64,000 bases of DNA, taken from an uncultured Bacteroidota bacterium (GTDB lineage Bacteria > Bacteroidota > Ignavibacteria > UBA10030 > UBA6906). Position numbers and translations under genes: made by a program. Of the stretch, positions 10,386 to 20,546 are shown piece by piece (the stretch's first letter is position 1; every line of letters begins with the position of its first letter). Location: NCBI GenBank assembly GCA_963714855.1, contig CAVQPT010000012.1, positions 45 to 64,044 of the forward strand, in the 5' to 3' direction. The notes under the pieces were generated by a model, which did not search any database, had not been told where the DNA came from, and was given only the letters and a program-made list of their open reading frames with translations.

Positions 10386-12548
10386 ATGAATTCCCGGTTC
10401 TACTTCTTACCCATCGTCGTCCTGACGGTGGCGTGTGCGGTCGGGGCGTATGGGCAGGCCCTCGAGCCGGTCGGCGGCCCCTATACCGTCGACAGCAATA
10501 CAGTCGTCCTGCTCCACTTCGACGGCAATATGGCAAATGCCGCTGCGACAGTCGGAAAGACCGATACCGCCGCTGTCCGGCATACAACCGTTCCCTCAAA
10601 AATCTACTTCCTGAACAATACGGGCGTCACCGGCATGGGTCAGTGCGTGCGGCTCGACAACAGCGCGCAAACCGATTCGACCTACCTGACGGTTGCCGAT
10701 ACCGCGGCGCTCGACCTGACAGGCTCCTGGACCATCGAAGCCTGGGCGAATATCTTTACATTTGGCGACAACTCCTCCGACTACCGGTGGGTCCCCCGCG
10801 TCGTCATGAAACCCGGCGACGAGACGTTCTATGTCAACGTCAACTACTGGGTCGAAATGTGGGGCGACAACCGGCTGTTCCATGCCGGCTATCACTCAGA
10901 AGCGGGGTCGTACGTCAGCCTGACCTCTCCCAACAATATGTTCGTGCCGGGCGAATGGGTCCACCTGACATTCATCCGCGATACAGCGCGCGCGTTCATC
11001 GCGTGCATGGTGCACGACAAGGACAAGAACCTGAAATCCTTCCTCACGAAGGGCTTCACCAAAGGAGATCCGCCGCACACGAACAACCAGCCGATGCATA
11101 TCGGATGGGCGGGCGCGAAGGGGATCACGAACCCCAGCGGCGATTCCTGGCTCGACGGCTTTGTCGATGAAGTCCGCGTCAGCAAGGTGGTCCGCAATTT
11201 TGCCGGGCCGCCCGTGATCGGAGACAAGACCATCCTCTCGAACCAGCCTGCGACCGCGTCGTCGTATCCCGTGAGCATCACTGCGTTCCCGTTGAATGCA
11301 GGCGGAAGCATCACGAACGTGTCGCTGAAATACCGGACAGACACCGTCGAGTGCGTTCAGCACCGTGACGCTGAGTGCGGGCCCGAGCGACACCTATACC
11401 GGGGCGATTCCCGCCCAGCCGTTCGGCACGACGATCCAGTACTACTACAAGGTCACCGATAATAACGCCCTCTACGTCGATGTTTCCATCGGATGCAGAA
11501 GCGGCTGTCAATCCAACCCGGCTCAGTCTTCGGGGTGTTTCAGCCGAACTCGATGACGCTTCACCTGACGTTCGAAGAAGGCCCGTCCGGAACCCCGGTC
11601 GACCATTCCCCGAACAACTGCGCAATCGTCACACGCGTCCAGAAAGATTATTCGACGAGTGTCCCGATGGGCGGCGGAACGTATTCGTGGGACCTGAAGC
11701 CTCATGCCGGAGTCATCGTCGATTCCAACTGGGTCGAGGCTGTCTCCCCGTTCCTTGCGGCCGAAGAATTCACGCTCGACTGCTGGATCAAGGCGGATTC
11801 CGCTGATCGCCATGCTGTCCGCATTATCATCAACCCCTCCGGTGAGCAGGATTGGAATAACGCCAACTTCGAGCTCAGCTTCCGGAACGGCGCGCCGGGC
11901 ACACCCGTCTTCACGGCGCGGTACTGGTACAACGACCTCTCCGGAGCACCTGCGGTCCAGGATACGCTCTCGGCGACAACTGCCCACGTCGGGAAATGGC
12001 GGCATGTCATTCTCGAAAGGAACAGCACATCGCTGGAGTTCGCGATGGCCATCAAGGACGAGAACGATGTCCTGATGTTCAAGAAAGTCGTTGCGGCTCC
12101 AAAACCGCCGGTCATGGCCGGTGGACCGATGCGCATAGGACGGTCGTGGTTCCTTGAAAACGATCCCTACTATGTCGGACCGTTCCGCGGAAAGATCGAC
12201 AACGTCAAGGTCTACAACTACCCAGCGGCCGGTATCACCACCGGCGTGGAGAGTGAGCAAGGGACGCCGTTGACGTTCGAGCTTGCGCAGAACTATCCGA
12301 ACCCCTTCAACCCGACGACGAGAATCAGCTTCACGCTTCCGCTCGCGATGCAGACAGAGCTGATCGTGTATGACATTCTCGGCCGCCAGGTGAGGACCCT
12401 CGTCAACGAGGTGCAGCATGCCGGCGAACATTTTGTCCAGTGGGACGGCACGAATTCCTTCGGGATCCCGGTTTCCAGCGGAACCTATTTTGTCCGCATG
12501 ACCGCCGGCGATTTCCAGAAGACGATGAAGATGATGTTGATGAAGTAG
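10386..12548 (+). CDS. T9SS-secreted protein with two LamG/concanavalin-A-like domains; two frameshifts (near 11350 and 11480)
   Basis: Signal peptide. TVVLLHFDG..SWTIEAW..GEWVHL..GFVDEVRVS and a second LHLTFEE..EFTLDCWIK..KWRHV..FRGKIDNVKVYN. CTD LAQNYPNPFNPTTRISF...SSGTYFVRM...KMMLMK. AAGGAGG SD. Confidence 0.85.
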
Positions 12549-12633
12549 TCCGGGCTGTACGACCGGAGTCGCTGTGGTTTTATCAGTGAATCAGGAGTGG
12601 GTTTTGGCCCGCTGTGCATAATCGGTATCCAGC

Positions 12634-12679
12634 AGGGAGCAGGCGGAGCGATTGCGCTCATGGACTCCGCCTGCTTCCT
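12634..12679 (+). other. Strong intergenic stem-loop after the first operon gene
   Basis: AGGGAGCAGGCGGAG (12634-12648) pairs with CTCCGCCTGCTTCCT (12665-12679), with one G-U pair and no clear U-tract. Confidence 0.65.
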
Positions 12680-12726
12680 ACTCCCTGATGGTCTCTCTGT
12701 CTTTCTTCGAATGCAAAGGGTTGCTC

Positions 12727-13383
12727 ATGCGTAACAGATGGATTGTGCTGATTGCGGCGGGAGGTCTCCTCTGGGGGATGGTCGGATGTACGACCGCCGT
12801 CGAACCGTCTCCCGAGCCGGGTACCATCCGCATTTTCCTGAAAGGCGCGGATACCGACACGACGATCATCATTCAGAATGATACGTCGCGCTTCTCCCGG
12901 TGGGACAATTTCAATGCGATCGTCTCGCAGGGACGTATGTACCAGGGTGACAATTACGCATACATTTACAACAACCCGTCCAATGACCGGAAGTCCAGCG
13001 ATACCGTCAATGTCCTTGCCCGCGAATGGCTCACCGGTGTTCCGATTACCCTGCAGGACACTGCACAGATCACTCCGGCCAACAGCCGGTTCCGGAAATA
13101 CCTGATATTCGAGTCCTACATACCGCCGGGATCATACTCGAAATTCTCCTTCGCGCTCACCGCGTCGGAACTCGAGATCTTTATTCCCAAGCACTATCTT
13201 AACCCTGTCGGCCTGCCGCCCGGGACCAAGCCGTCCATGGACTTTGAGACGGCCATCTCTGTGAATGAAGGCGGTGTCACGGAAGTGACACTCGAAATCG
13301 CTCCCTACAAGTCGCTCCGCCGGTACCAGGACCAGTTCTATTTTGAACGTCAGGTCGTTGTTTCAAAAGTGGAGACGCTGTAG
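12727..13383 (+). CDS. Hypothetical lipoprotein (beta-rich, possibly DUF4382-like)
   Basis: MRNRWIVLIAAGGLLWGMVGC lipoprotein signal, followed by GTIRIFLK...IPPGSYSKFSF. Confidence 0.7.
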   Translation: MRNRWIVLIAAGGLLWGMVGCTTAVEPSPEPGTIRIFLKGADTDTTIIIQNDTSRFSRWDNFNAIVSQGRMYQGDNYAYIYNNPSNDRKSSDTVNVLAREWLTGVPITLQDTAQITPANSRFRKYLIFESYIPPGSYSKFSFALTASELEIFIPKHYLNPVGLPPGTKPSMDFETAISVNEGGVTEVTLEIAPYKSLRRYQDQFYFERQVVVSKVETL

Positions 13384-13440
13384 CCCGGGGTTGCACACAT
13401 GAAGACACACACGAGAAGTGATGAGATGGCAGGTGCTCCT

Positions 13441-14922
13441 ATGAAACCTCGTTCCCTGTACGTCCTGCTGCTGGCCGCAGCATGTTCCGCCCTCTGGTTC
13501 TCCTGCGAGCGGCCGACTGCTCCGGAGAACCCCAACGGGGCACCCGACACGCGTCTCGCCAACGTGCCAAAGGAGAAGGACACCGTCTTCGCCCTGGTGG
13601 ACCTGAGCTGGACCGGCGGCGACAATGACGGCTTTGTGACCGGGTACCAGTACAGGTACTTCACATACCACCTCGCTCCAGGATCGACCACACAGTGGGA
13701 ATTGTTCGACTCCACCGCCTGGCACGATACCACAGGGACGAGCGCCATCATCGCGTTTAACTCCACCGAAGCGTTGAACATGCAGCGCTTCCTGGTCCGG
13801 GCGATCGATAACGACAAGAATGTGGACCCCACCCCCGCCGAACGCACGCTCTTTACGCTCCGGACGGTATCCCCCGTCACGACCATCCTCTCACCAAAGA
13901 ACAACGGCAGTCTGCTGGTCGATGACCAGGTGACCGATTGGTGGCAGGGTGTTCTTGTGACCTTCAAAGCGGTCGACCCCACGGGGCGCGGCCAGATTGT
14001 GCAATATGCCTGGTCCGTCGATGGCGGACCCTGGACATGGCAGACGGATACGTCCGTCTTCATCACACCCGACAAGATCCCGGGATCCCTGGACGGCCTG
14101 CACACGATCAAGGTGATCTCGCGCAACAACACCAATCTCATCGACCCCATCGGCGACTCCGTAACGGTCAGGCTGATCATTCCGTCCTTCTCCAAAGGGG
14201 TGATCATCATCGATGAGACCGACGAATTCAATAACCCCTTCCTCACCTGGAGTATTCCGGACAGTGTTGTAGACCGCTTCTACTCCGATGTTTTCCCGGG
14301 AGCCACCCAGTGGGATTTCAAGTCGAAGGGTATGCCCCCGCGGGAGGTTCTGGCCGAGTACAAGCTGATCGTGTGGCACGCCGACGACGTGCCCACAAGC
14401 AGGCCGCACAAGATTTCGGATCCGGCAAACATCGAGGTCTTCACGGACTACCTCAAGGTGGGGGGCAAGTTCCTGATGAGCGGATGGCGCATCCTCAAGT
14501 CCTTCGCATACTATAATAACTTCCCCTTCAACTTCACCCAGGGGACGTTTGTCTACGACTACCTGCACATCCGGACCGTGACGGAGACCGACATCCTGGG
14601 GGACATGACCGGAGCCAAGGGGAAAACGGGCTCGTTCACGAGCATCGAGGTGGACTCCGCACGTCTCGCCAACTTCCCATACGACGGAAAACTGTCGCAG
14701 GTGAACCTGATCACCACCATGGCCGGCTTCACCGATGTTCTCTATTCATACGAAAACCTGCCCAGCAGCCCGAATGTCACGTATCGCGGCCGCGCAGTGG
14801 CGTTACGATACTACGGGACCGTGTACGATGCGGTGGTGCTCGGATTCCCGATGTACTTCATCAAGAAAGCTGATGCGCAGGTGATGGCTCAAGAAATTCT
14901 CCAGAGTCTGCATGTCCAGTAA
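13441..14922 (+). CDS. Hypothetical lipoprotein with Ig/Fn3-like domains and a C-terminal alpha/beta (class I GATase-like) domain
   Basis: Lipobox LWFSC; PDT..LSWTGGDNDGFVTGYQY..FLVRAIDND..VDPTPA; C-terminal IIIDET..YKLIVWH..YLKVGGKFLMSG..LGFPMYF. Confidence 0.72.
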   Translation: MKPRSLYVLLLAAACSALWFSCERPTAPENPNGAPDTRLANVPKEKDTVFALVDLSWTGGDNDGFVTGYQYRYFTYHLAPGSTTQWELFDSTAWHDTTGTSAIIAFNSTEALNMQRFLVRAIDNDKNVDPTPAERTLFTLRTVSPVTTILSPKNNGSLLVDDQVTDWWQGVLVTFKAVDPTGRGQIVQYAWSVDGGPWTWQTDTSVFITPDKIPGSLDGLHTIKVISRNNTNLIDPIGDSVTVRLIIPSFSKGVIIIDETDEFNNPFLTWSIPDSVVDRFYSDVFPGATQWDFKSKGMPPREVLAEYKLIVWHADDVPTSRPHKISDPANIEVFTDYLKVGGKFLMSGWRILKSFAYYNNFPFNFTQGTFVYDYLHIRTVTETDILGDMTGAKGKTGSFTSIEVDSARLANFPYDGKLSQVNLITTMAGFTDVLYSYENLPSSPNVTYRGRAVALRYYGTVYDAVVLGFPMYFIKKADAQVMAQEILQSLHVQ

Positions 14923-14935
14923 GGAGATAGTTACG

Positions 14936-17726
14936 ATGGGGCGCTCTGTTCAAATGCATGCTCGCATTCGTCCGCTGACCGTGTTGATGGTTCTGCTGCT
15001 GGGTGTCACGGCGGCGACGGCGCAGAACACGGGCAAGATTGCAGGCACCGTGAAAGACAAGGCAACCGGAGAACCGCTCATCGGTGCCAACGTTTCGGTG
15101 AAAGGGACCCAGCTCGGCGCGTCGACGGACGTCGACGGCCACTTCTTCATCCTCCGTGTCCCTCCCGGTGCCCACGACCTCGCTATCTCCAGCGTCGGGT
15201 ATCAGGGCATCACCCTGAAGGGTGTGGCGGTAAAAGTGGATCTCACGGCAGAAGTGCAGGTGAAGCTCGAGCAGACCGCCATCGAGGTGGAAGGTGTCAC
15301 CGTAATGGCGGAACAGAAAATGGTCCAAAAGGATGTCACCTCCACGCGCCGCACCGTTTCGCAGGAGACGATCCAGCGGACTCCCGGTCTCGATGCCACG
15401 ACGGACATTTTCAAACTCCAGGCCGGGACGGTCGTGACCTCCGCGCCGCCCACCCTGAGGCTGGCCGACGGCACGCAGCTTCAGGTTCGCGACGAGAGCC
15501 TCCAGGATGTGCATATCCGCGGCGGTCGGGGGGGGGAAATCCTGTATATGGTCGATGGCATGCCCGTCACCCATCCGATCTACGGCGGGCGCAGCGTCAT
15601 GGACCTCAACCTGGTGGATGTTGAAAGCGTCGAACTCCTCACCGGTGCGTTCAACGCCGAATACGGCCAGGCGCAGTCCGGCGTCGTGAACATCATCACC
15701 AAGAGCGGCGGAGACACCTACAAAGGTGGCGTGGAGTACAAGACCGATCAGGCCGGGGTCTTCGGGGAATCGTACACCACAGACTATGTTTCCCTCTATC
15801 TTGGCGGCCCGGAACCGATCACGCAAACCCTGCTCCCGGCCCTGGGGCTCCATCCGATCGACGGCCTGACGTTCTTCCTCTCGGGAAACACCACACTTTC
15901 CAATACCGAATACGACAACAAACGAAAGAGGAGAGACCTCGATCTGTTCGGCTTCACCGTCCGCGAACGCCAGGATAACTCCGTGAACCTGAACGCCAAG
16001 GTGAACTGGGACATCAGTGGCTCGCACAAGTTCGCACTCAGCTATCACGGCTCGCGGAAACAGTGGAGCTCGTTCGAGTATCTGTGGAAGTATACGCCCG
16101 ACAACACGGCAGACTACAGGCGCAACAACTATACGTTGACGGGTGCCTTCAGTCACGTCCTTTCCAAATCGACCTACTACACGCTCATGGCCGGCTACCT
16201 GGATGTCGTCTACCAGGGATCGCTCGGCGGGCGGACACCGGCGGAGTTCTGGAGGCAGGACACCACGGGACGGTACATTTCACTCTACAACTCCCCCACC
16301 ATCAATCCCAGCACCGGTTTCTTTGACCCGCAGGGGGTGGAATCGATCTGGCGCGACGACCACACAAAGACGTACACGTTCAAAGGCGACCTCACATCCC
16401 AGGTGCATCCCGCGCATCTGATCAAAGTCGGCCTTGAGATGCAGGCTAACACCATCAGCTACATCGACATCCAGGACGGCGGGACGAAGCTCTCCCCCTA
16501 CGGGCAGGGGATCGACTCGATCGCTCCTCCCGGACCATTCCCGATGTTCGGGCAGAACCGGTGGGTGTTTAACGTCAAGCCGGTCATTGCATCCGGATAA
16601 TTCCAGGACAAGTTTGAACTGGAATACCTTGTGATCAATGCCGGTGTCCGCATCGACTACTTCAATCTCGGCAGCAGTGTGATGCAGGGTGGCTGGGTCG
16701 CTGCATGGGAACGCGCCACCGGGGTGAACGGCGGACTGGAAGCGGTCGATTTTTAAGATCAGTCCGCGGTTCGGCGTGTCGTTTCCCATCTCCGAAAACA
16801 CGGTTGTCTTCTTCTCATACGGGCATTTCAATCAATTGCCGGAGCTGCAGTACTTCTATCGCGATCCCTACAGCAGCGGGTTCACCGGGAATCCCGGCCT
16901 GGATTACGAGCAGACGATCCTGTATGAATTTGGTTTCACGCATCAGCTGACCGACTACTGGGCCGTCGACATCAAGAGTTACGGGAAGGACATCTCGAAG
17001 CAGATCGGGACGACGCGCGTGTTCAGCTCCCAGGGAACCCCCATCGATTTGTACGACAACAAGGGATACGGCCGGACCCGCGGTCTGGAATTCGAATTCG
17101 TGAAGAATCCGTCGGACTTTATCGCGGGCCGCGCCACGTATACGATCCAGTGGGCCAACGGCTACTCCTCGTCGGCGTTCGACGACTATATCCGGTCCAC
17201 GAACAACTTCCCGTACCCGATCCGCGAACGGGCGCTGGAATGGGATGTCCGCCATCAGGTCATTGTCCAGGCAACGCTGGCAGCAGGGAAGGGACAGCAT
17301 CCGAATGTATTCGGTCTGGAGCTTTCGGATGATTGGAACCTCACCCTGCTGTATCGCCTTTCGACGGGCACTCCGTACACACCCGGTCAGGCCACGTTGA
17401 ACCCGGTGGAAGCACAGAAACAGGAGAATACCGCCTACGGGCCGTACACCAGCAGCACGGACCTGAAATTCGAGAAGGGCTTCACGATCGGGGGTCTCAG
17501 GGTTGCCGTGACGTTCGACGTGTTCAACCTGTTCGATCAGCGCAATGTGCAGACCGTGCGGTCCGATCTGGGGTTCAACAAGTGGACCGGCGAGCCGTAC
17601 AAGTTCGGCGACGTGGAAAAGCCCCAGACCAATCTGTACGACTACTATACGATGCTCAGCCTTCGCGACCCGCGTGTCTTCTCCACCGGGCGCACGACGA
17701 AGATCGGTCTTCGCATCGATTTCTAA
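14936..17726 (+). CDS. TonB-dependent receptor with N-terminal carboxypeptidase-regulatory-like domain; in-frame TAA at 16598-16600 and a frameshift near 16729
   Basis: GKIAGTVKDKATGEPLIGANV, plug HIRGGRGGEILYMVDGMP..GAFNAEYGQAQSGVVNIITKSG, (Y)FQDK..NAGVRIDYF, SPRFGVSFPIS..FFSYGHF, GNPGLDYEQTILYEFG, C-terminal GLRIDF. AAGGAG SD. Confidence 0.92.
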
Positions 17727-17754
17727 CTGTGATCACAGCCGTGAGATGGATTCC

Positions 17755-19527
17755 ATGCGTGTGTTGAGACGATTTCTTGCTGTGGCGTGCGCCGTTGCGC
17801 TGGTGCCCGGTGCCGTTGTGTTCGCCCAGTTCATCGATGCCAAACTGGACTACCGTGTGACCACGACCGGAAAGATGCGCCAGGTGATCACCAACATGGG
17901 GACGTTCGACAAAGGCCGGACGCGGTTCCCCGGGCTCATCAATGCGGAGTTCCCCGCCGGATCCAACGAAGAGCATCTGTTTCAGGGAGGCATCTGGGTC
18001 GGCGCCATTACGCCCACCGGCGACACCCTTGTGTCAATGTCCGAGGCCCACTTTTCCCCCCACGAGTTCTATCCAACGAAGAACCCGTGGGACTCGATCT
18101 GGACGGGGTTGAAGGGGGACACGCTCCAGATCCCCTACTGGCAGAACTATGTCTGTGTCTCCGACCAGGACTTCGTCTGCCGGTACAGCGACGACAATAT
18201 CCTGAACGTCGACAACCACACGCCGCTCAATCTCGACATCGTGCAGACGACGTACTCCTGGAGCTCCGGTCAGCTGAGCGAATTCCTCCTGTACAAATAC
18301 TATATCGTCCCCAAGAAGATTCCTCTGAAGAACGTCTATATCGCATTCTGGATGCACAGCGCCATCGGGGACATCGGCGCCGGTGACAACTTCATCGATG
18401 AGTACACGCACTGGTTCGCGGACTTCAAAATGGCGATGGCCGAAGATTCGCCGGGGGGCACGGACGGGGCTGCCATCAGCCCCATCGGGTTCAGCGTCAT
18501 GGCGCCCACCGACGCGCAGAGCTACAGTTTCAACTACTATGAACACGAGGAGCTCCCACTCAAGGATCCCGACTGCTACAAGGAGATGGCGAGCGGCAGG
18601 ATCATGCCGGACCGGATTGAACGTGCCCGGGCCCATATCATCCTCGGGTTCGGTCCGTTTCAGGCGAACGTGGGCGACACGATCAAAGTGGAGATGGCGG
18701 AGATTTTCGGCACGGGCGTCGCCGGCGCATTGAAAAACGCGGCCTATCTCAAGTTTCTGAAGAGCAAGGACTTTCACGTTCCCTCTCCCCCGCCGAAACC
18801 GAAGCTGCGCGTCACTACGACGAACCACGAAGTAAGCCTCGATTGGACGCCGCAGCCGGGGCGGGTGAATCCGGAGCTGTACACCGACCCGAATCGCGGC
18901 GATTCCGTCATCCATCCGTTCGAAGGATACCGGCTGTATAAGAGCACCAAGGGCCCTGACGGACCGTGGACACTCCTGGCAGAGTACGATGTGATCAACG
19001 AGGACGGTCACAATACCGGCCTGCAGTACACCTACCGGGACGTCGGTCTGCTGAACAACATCGAATACTACTATGGCCTCACTGCCTTTTCCAAACCCGA
19101 TAAGGTGATTAACTTCCCGTCGCAAGAGACCAGTATCTCGGCCAGCGCCGTCACCGTCGTGCCGGGCACGGCGCCGCCGGCGACCGTGGGGGAAGTGGCG
19201 GCCGTTCCGAACCCGTACCGCGGCGACATCGCCTACAACTCGTACAGCCCACCCTGGGAACGACCGCAGGGGAACCGGCCGTGGTGGATGGAACAGGACC
19301 GGAGAATCCAGTTCATCAATCTTCCCGCTTCCTGCCAGATCAAGATCTACACGCTGGCCGGCGATCTGGTCAACACCCTGATCCATCATGATGCCGAGAG
19401 AGGATACGAAGACTGGAACCTGACCTCCTCCATCGGCCAGGCCATCGCCAGCGGCATCTACCTGTTTACCGTGGAGGACCTGAACAACGCAAAGGTCCAG
19501 GTAGGCAAATTCGTGATCATCAAATAA
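17755..19527 (+). CDS. Secreted TBDT-associated protein with an Fn3-like domain and a variant T9SS C-terminal domain
   Basis: Signal peptide; ITNMG..EFPAGS..HLFQGGIWVG; PPPKP..FEGYRLYKS..YYYGLTAF; C-terminus VAAVPNPY..RIQFINLP..IKIYTLAGDLV..WNL..IASGIYLFTVE..GKFVIIK. Confidence 0.78.
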   Translation: MRVLRRFLAVACAVALVPGAVVFAQFIDAKLDYRVTTTGKMRQVITNMGTFDKGRTRFPGLINAEFPAGSNEEHLFQGGIWVGAITPTGDTLVSMSEAHFSPHEFYPTKNPWDSIWTGLKGDTLQIPYWQNYVCVSDQDFVCRYSDDNILNVDNHTPLNLDIVQTTYSWSSGQLSEFLLYKYYIVPKKIPLKNVYIAFWMHSAIGDIGAGDNFIDEYTHWFADFKMAMAEDSPGGTDGAAISPIGFSVMAPTDAQSYSFNYYEHEELPLKDPDCYKEMASGRIMPDRIERARAHIILGFGPFQANVGDTIKVEMAEIFGTGVAGALKNAAYLKFLKSKDFHVPSPPPKPKLRVTTTNHEVSLDWTPQPGRVNPELYTDPNRGDSVIHPFEGYRLYKSTKGPDGPWTLLAEYDVINEDGHNTGLQYTYRDVGLLNNIEYYYGLTAFSKPDKVINFPSQETSISASAVTVVPGTAPPATVGEVAAVPNPYRGDIAYNSYSPPWERPQGNRPWWMEQDRRIQFINLPASCQIKIYTLAGDLVNTLIHHDAERGYEDWNLTSSIGQAIASGIYLFTVEDLNNAKVQVGKFVIIK

Positions 19528-19557
19528 GGTTTCTCCGTGCCACCGAGAGTGAAGACG

Positions 19558-20478
19558 ATGAAACATACAGTGATCGGTTTGATGGTGCTCCTGCCCGGGC
19601 TCCTCTTCGGGCAGTATAACCGTCCGGGGAGCACGGACGCGCAGTTCCTGAAAATCGGCGTCAGTGCGAGGGGCACGGGAATGGCGGACGCCTATATGGC
19701 CGCCGTGGATGGCGCGGATGCGACCTTCTATAATGTCGCTGCCCTCCCCTGGGTTCCGAACAGGGACGTGGTGTTTACCCATACGTCCTGGTTTGCAGGA
19801 ATCAACCACGAGTTCGTTGCCGCCTCGCAGAATCTGGAGGACATCGGGACGTTCGGTCTCTCCGTGACCGCCCTCACCACGGACGAAATGAAAGTACGAA
19901 CCCCGCTCCAGCCGGAGGGAACGGGGGAGACGTTCTACGCCGGCAATTACAGGTTCGGCCTCTCCTATGCGCGGTTCCTCACCGACCGTGTGACATTCGG
20001 TCTGACCTTCAGTTATCTGAACATGAAGCTCTACCGGGAATTTTCCGCCGATGCGTTTTCTCTCGACATTGCAGTGATGTATGTGTCCGACTTCCGGGGG
20101 TTCCGCTTCGCCCTCGAGATCGCAAATTTCGGTTCAAACATCCAGTACGTGAACGAATCCTATCCGCTCCCCACTTACTTCCAGTTCGGGATGGCAATGA
20201 ATGCGATCGACGGGGACGACCAGAAGTTCCTCGTCAGCTTCGCTGCAATCAAGCCCAACGAAGGCGAGCCGCAGGCACAGGTCGGAGGGGAGTGGAACTA
20301 TCAGAAGATGTTCTTCCTGCGCGGGGGATACCGGCTCAACTACTCCACCGCCACCTGGTCTGCTGGTGCGGGTGCCGCGTTTACGCTCGAGGGAATCGGC
20401 TTACGGGCCGACTACTCCTACAGCAACTACCGGACCCTGGGCGGAAGCCATAGAATCGGCGTCGGTGTGTCGTTCTGA
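19558..20478 (+). CDS. PorV/PorQ-family outer-membrane beta-barrel (T9SS shuttle-like)
   Basis: AQFLKIGVSARGTGMADAY..DATFYNVAAL..HTSWFAGI, LPTYFQFG, GGEWNY..FLRGGY, DYSY..LGGSHRIGVGVSF. Confidence 0.88.
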   Translation: MKHTVIGLMVLLPGLLFGQYNRPGSTDAQFLKIGVSARGTGMADAYMAAVDGADATFYNVAALPWVPNRDVVFTHTSWFAGINHEFVAASQNLEDIGTFGLSVTALTTDEMKVRTPLQPEGTGETFYAGNYRFGLSYARFLTDRVTFGLTFSYLNMKLYREFSADAFSLDIAVMYVSDFRGFRFALEIANFGSNIQYVNESYPLPTYFQFGMAMNAIDGDDQKFLVSFAAIKPNEGEPQAQVGGEWNYQKMFFLRGGYRLNYSTATWSAGAGAAFTLEGIGLRADYSYSNYRTLGGSHRIGVGVSF

Positions 20479-20546
20479 CACACGCAGACGCTGCCGTTTC
20501 TCCTCCTCCGCTGCTGATCCGGCGTGTGTGATTGATCGAAGGTGAC

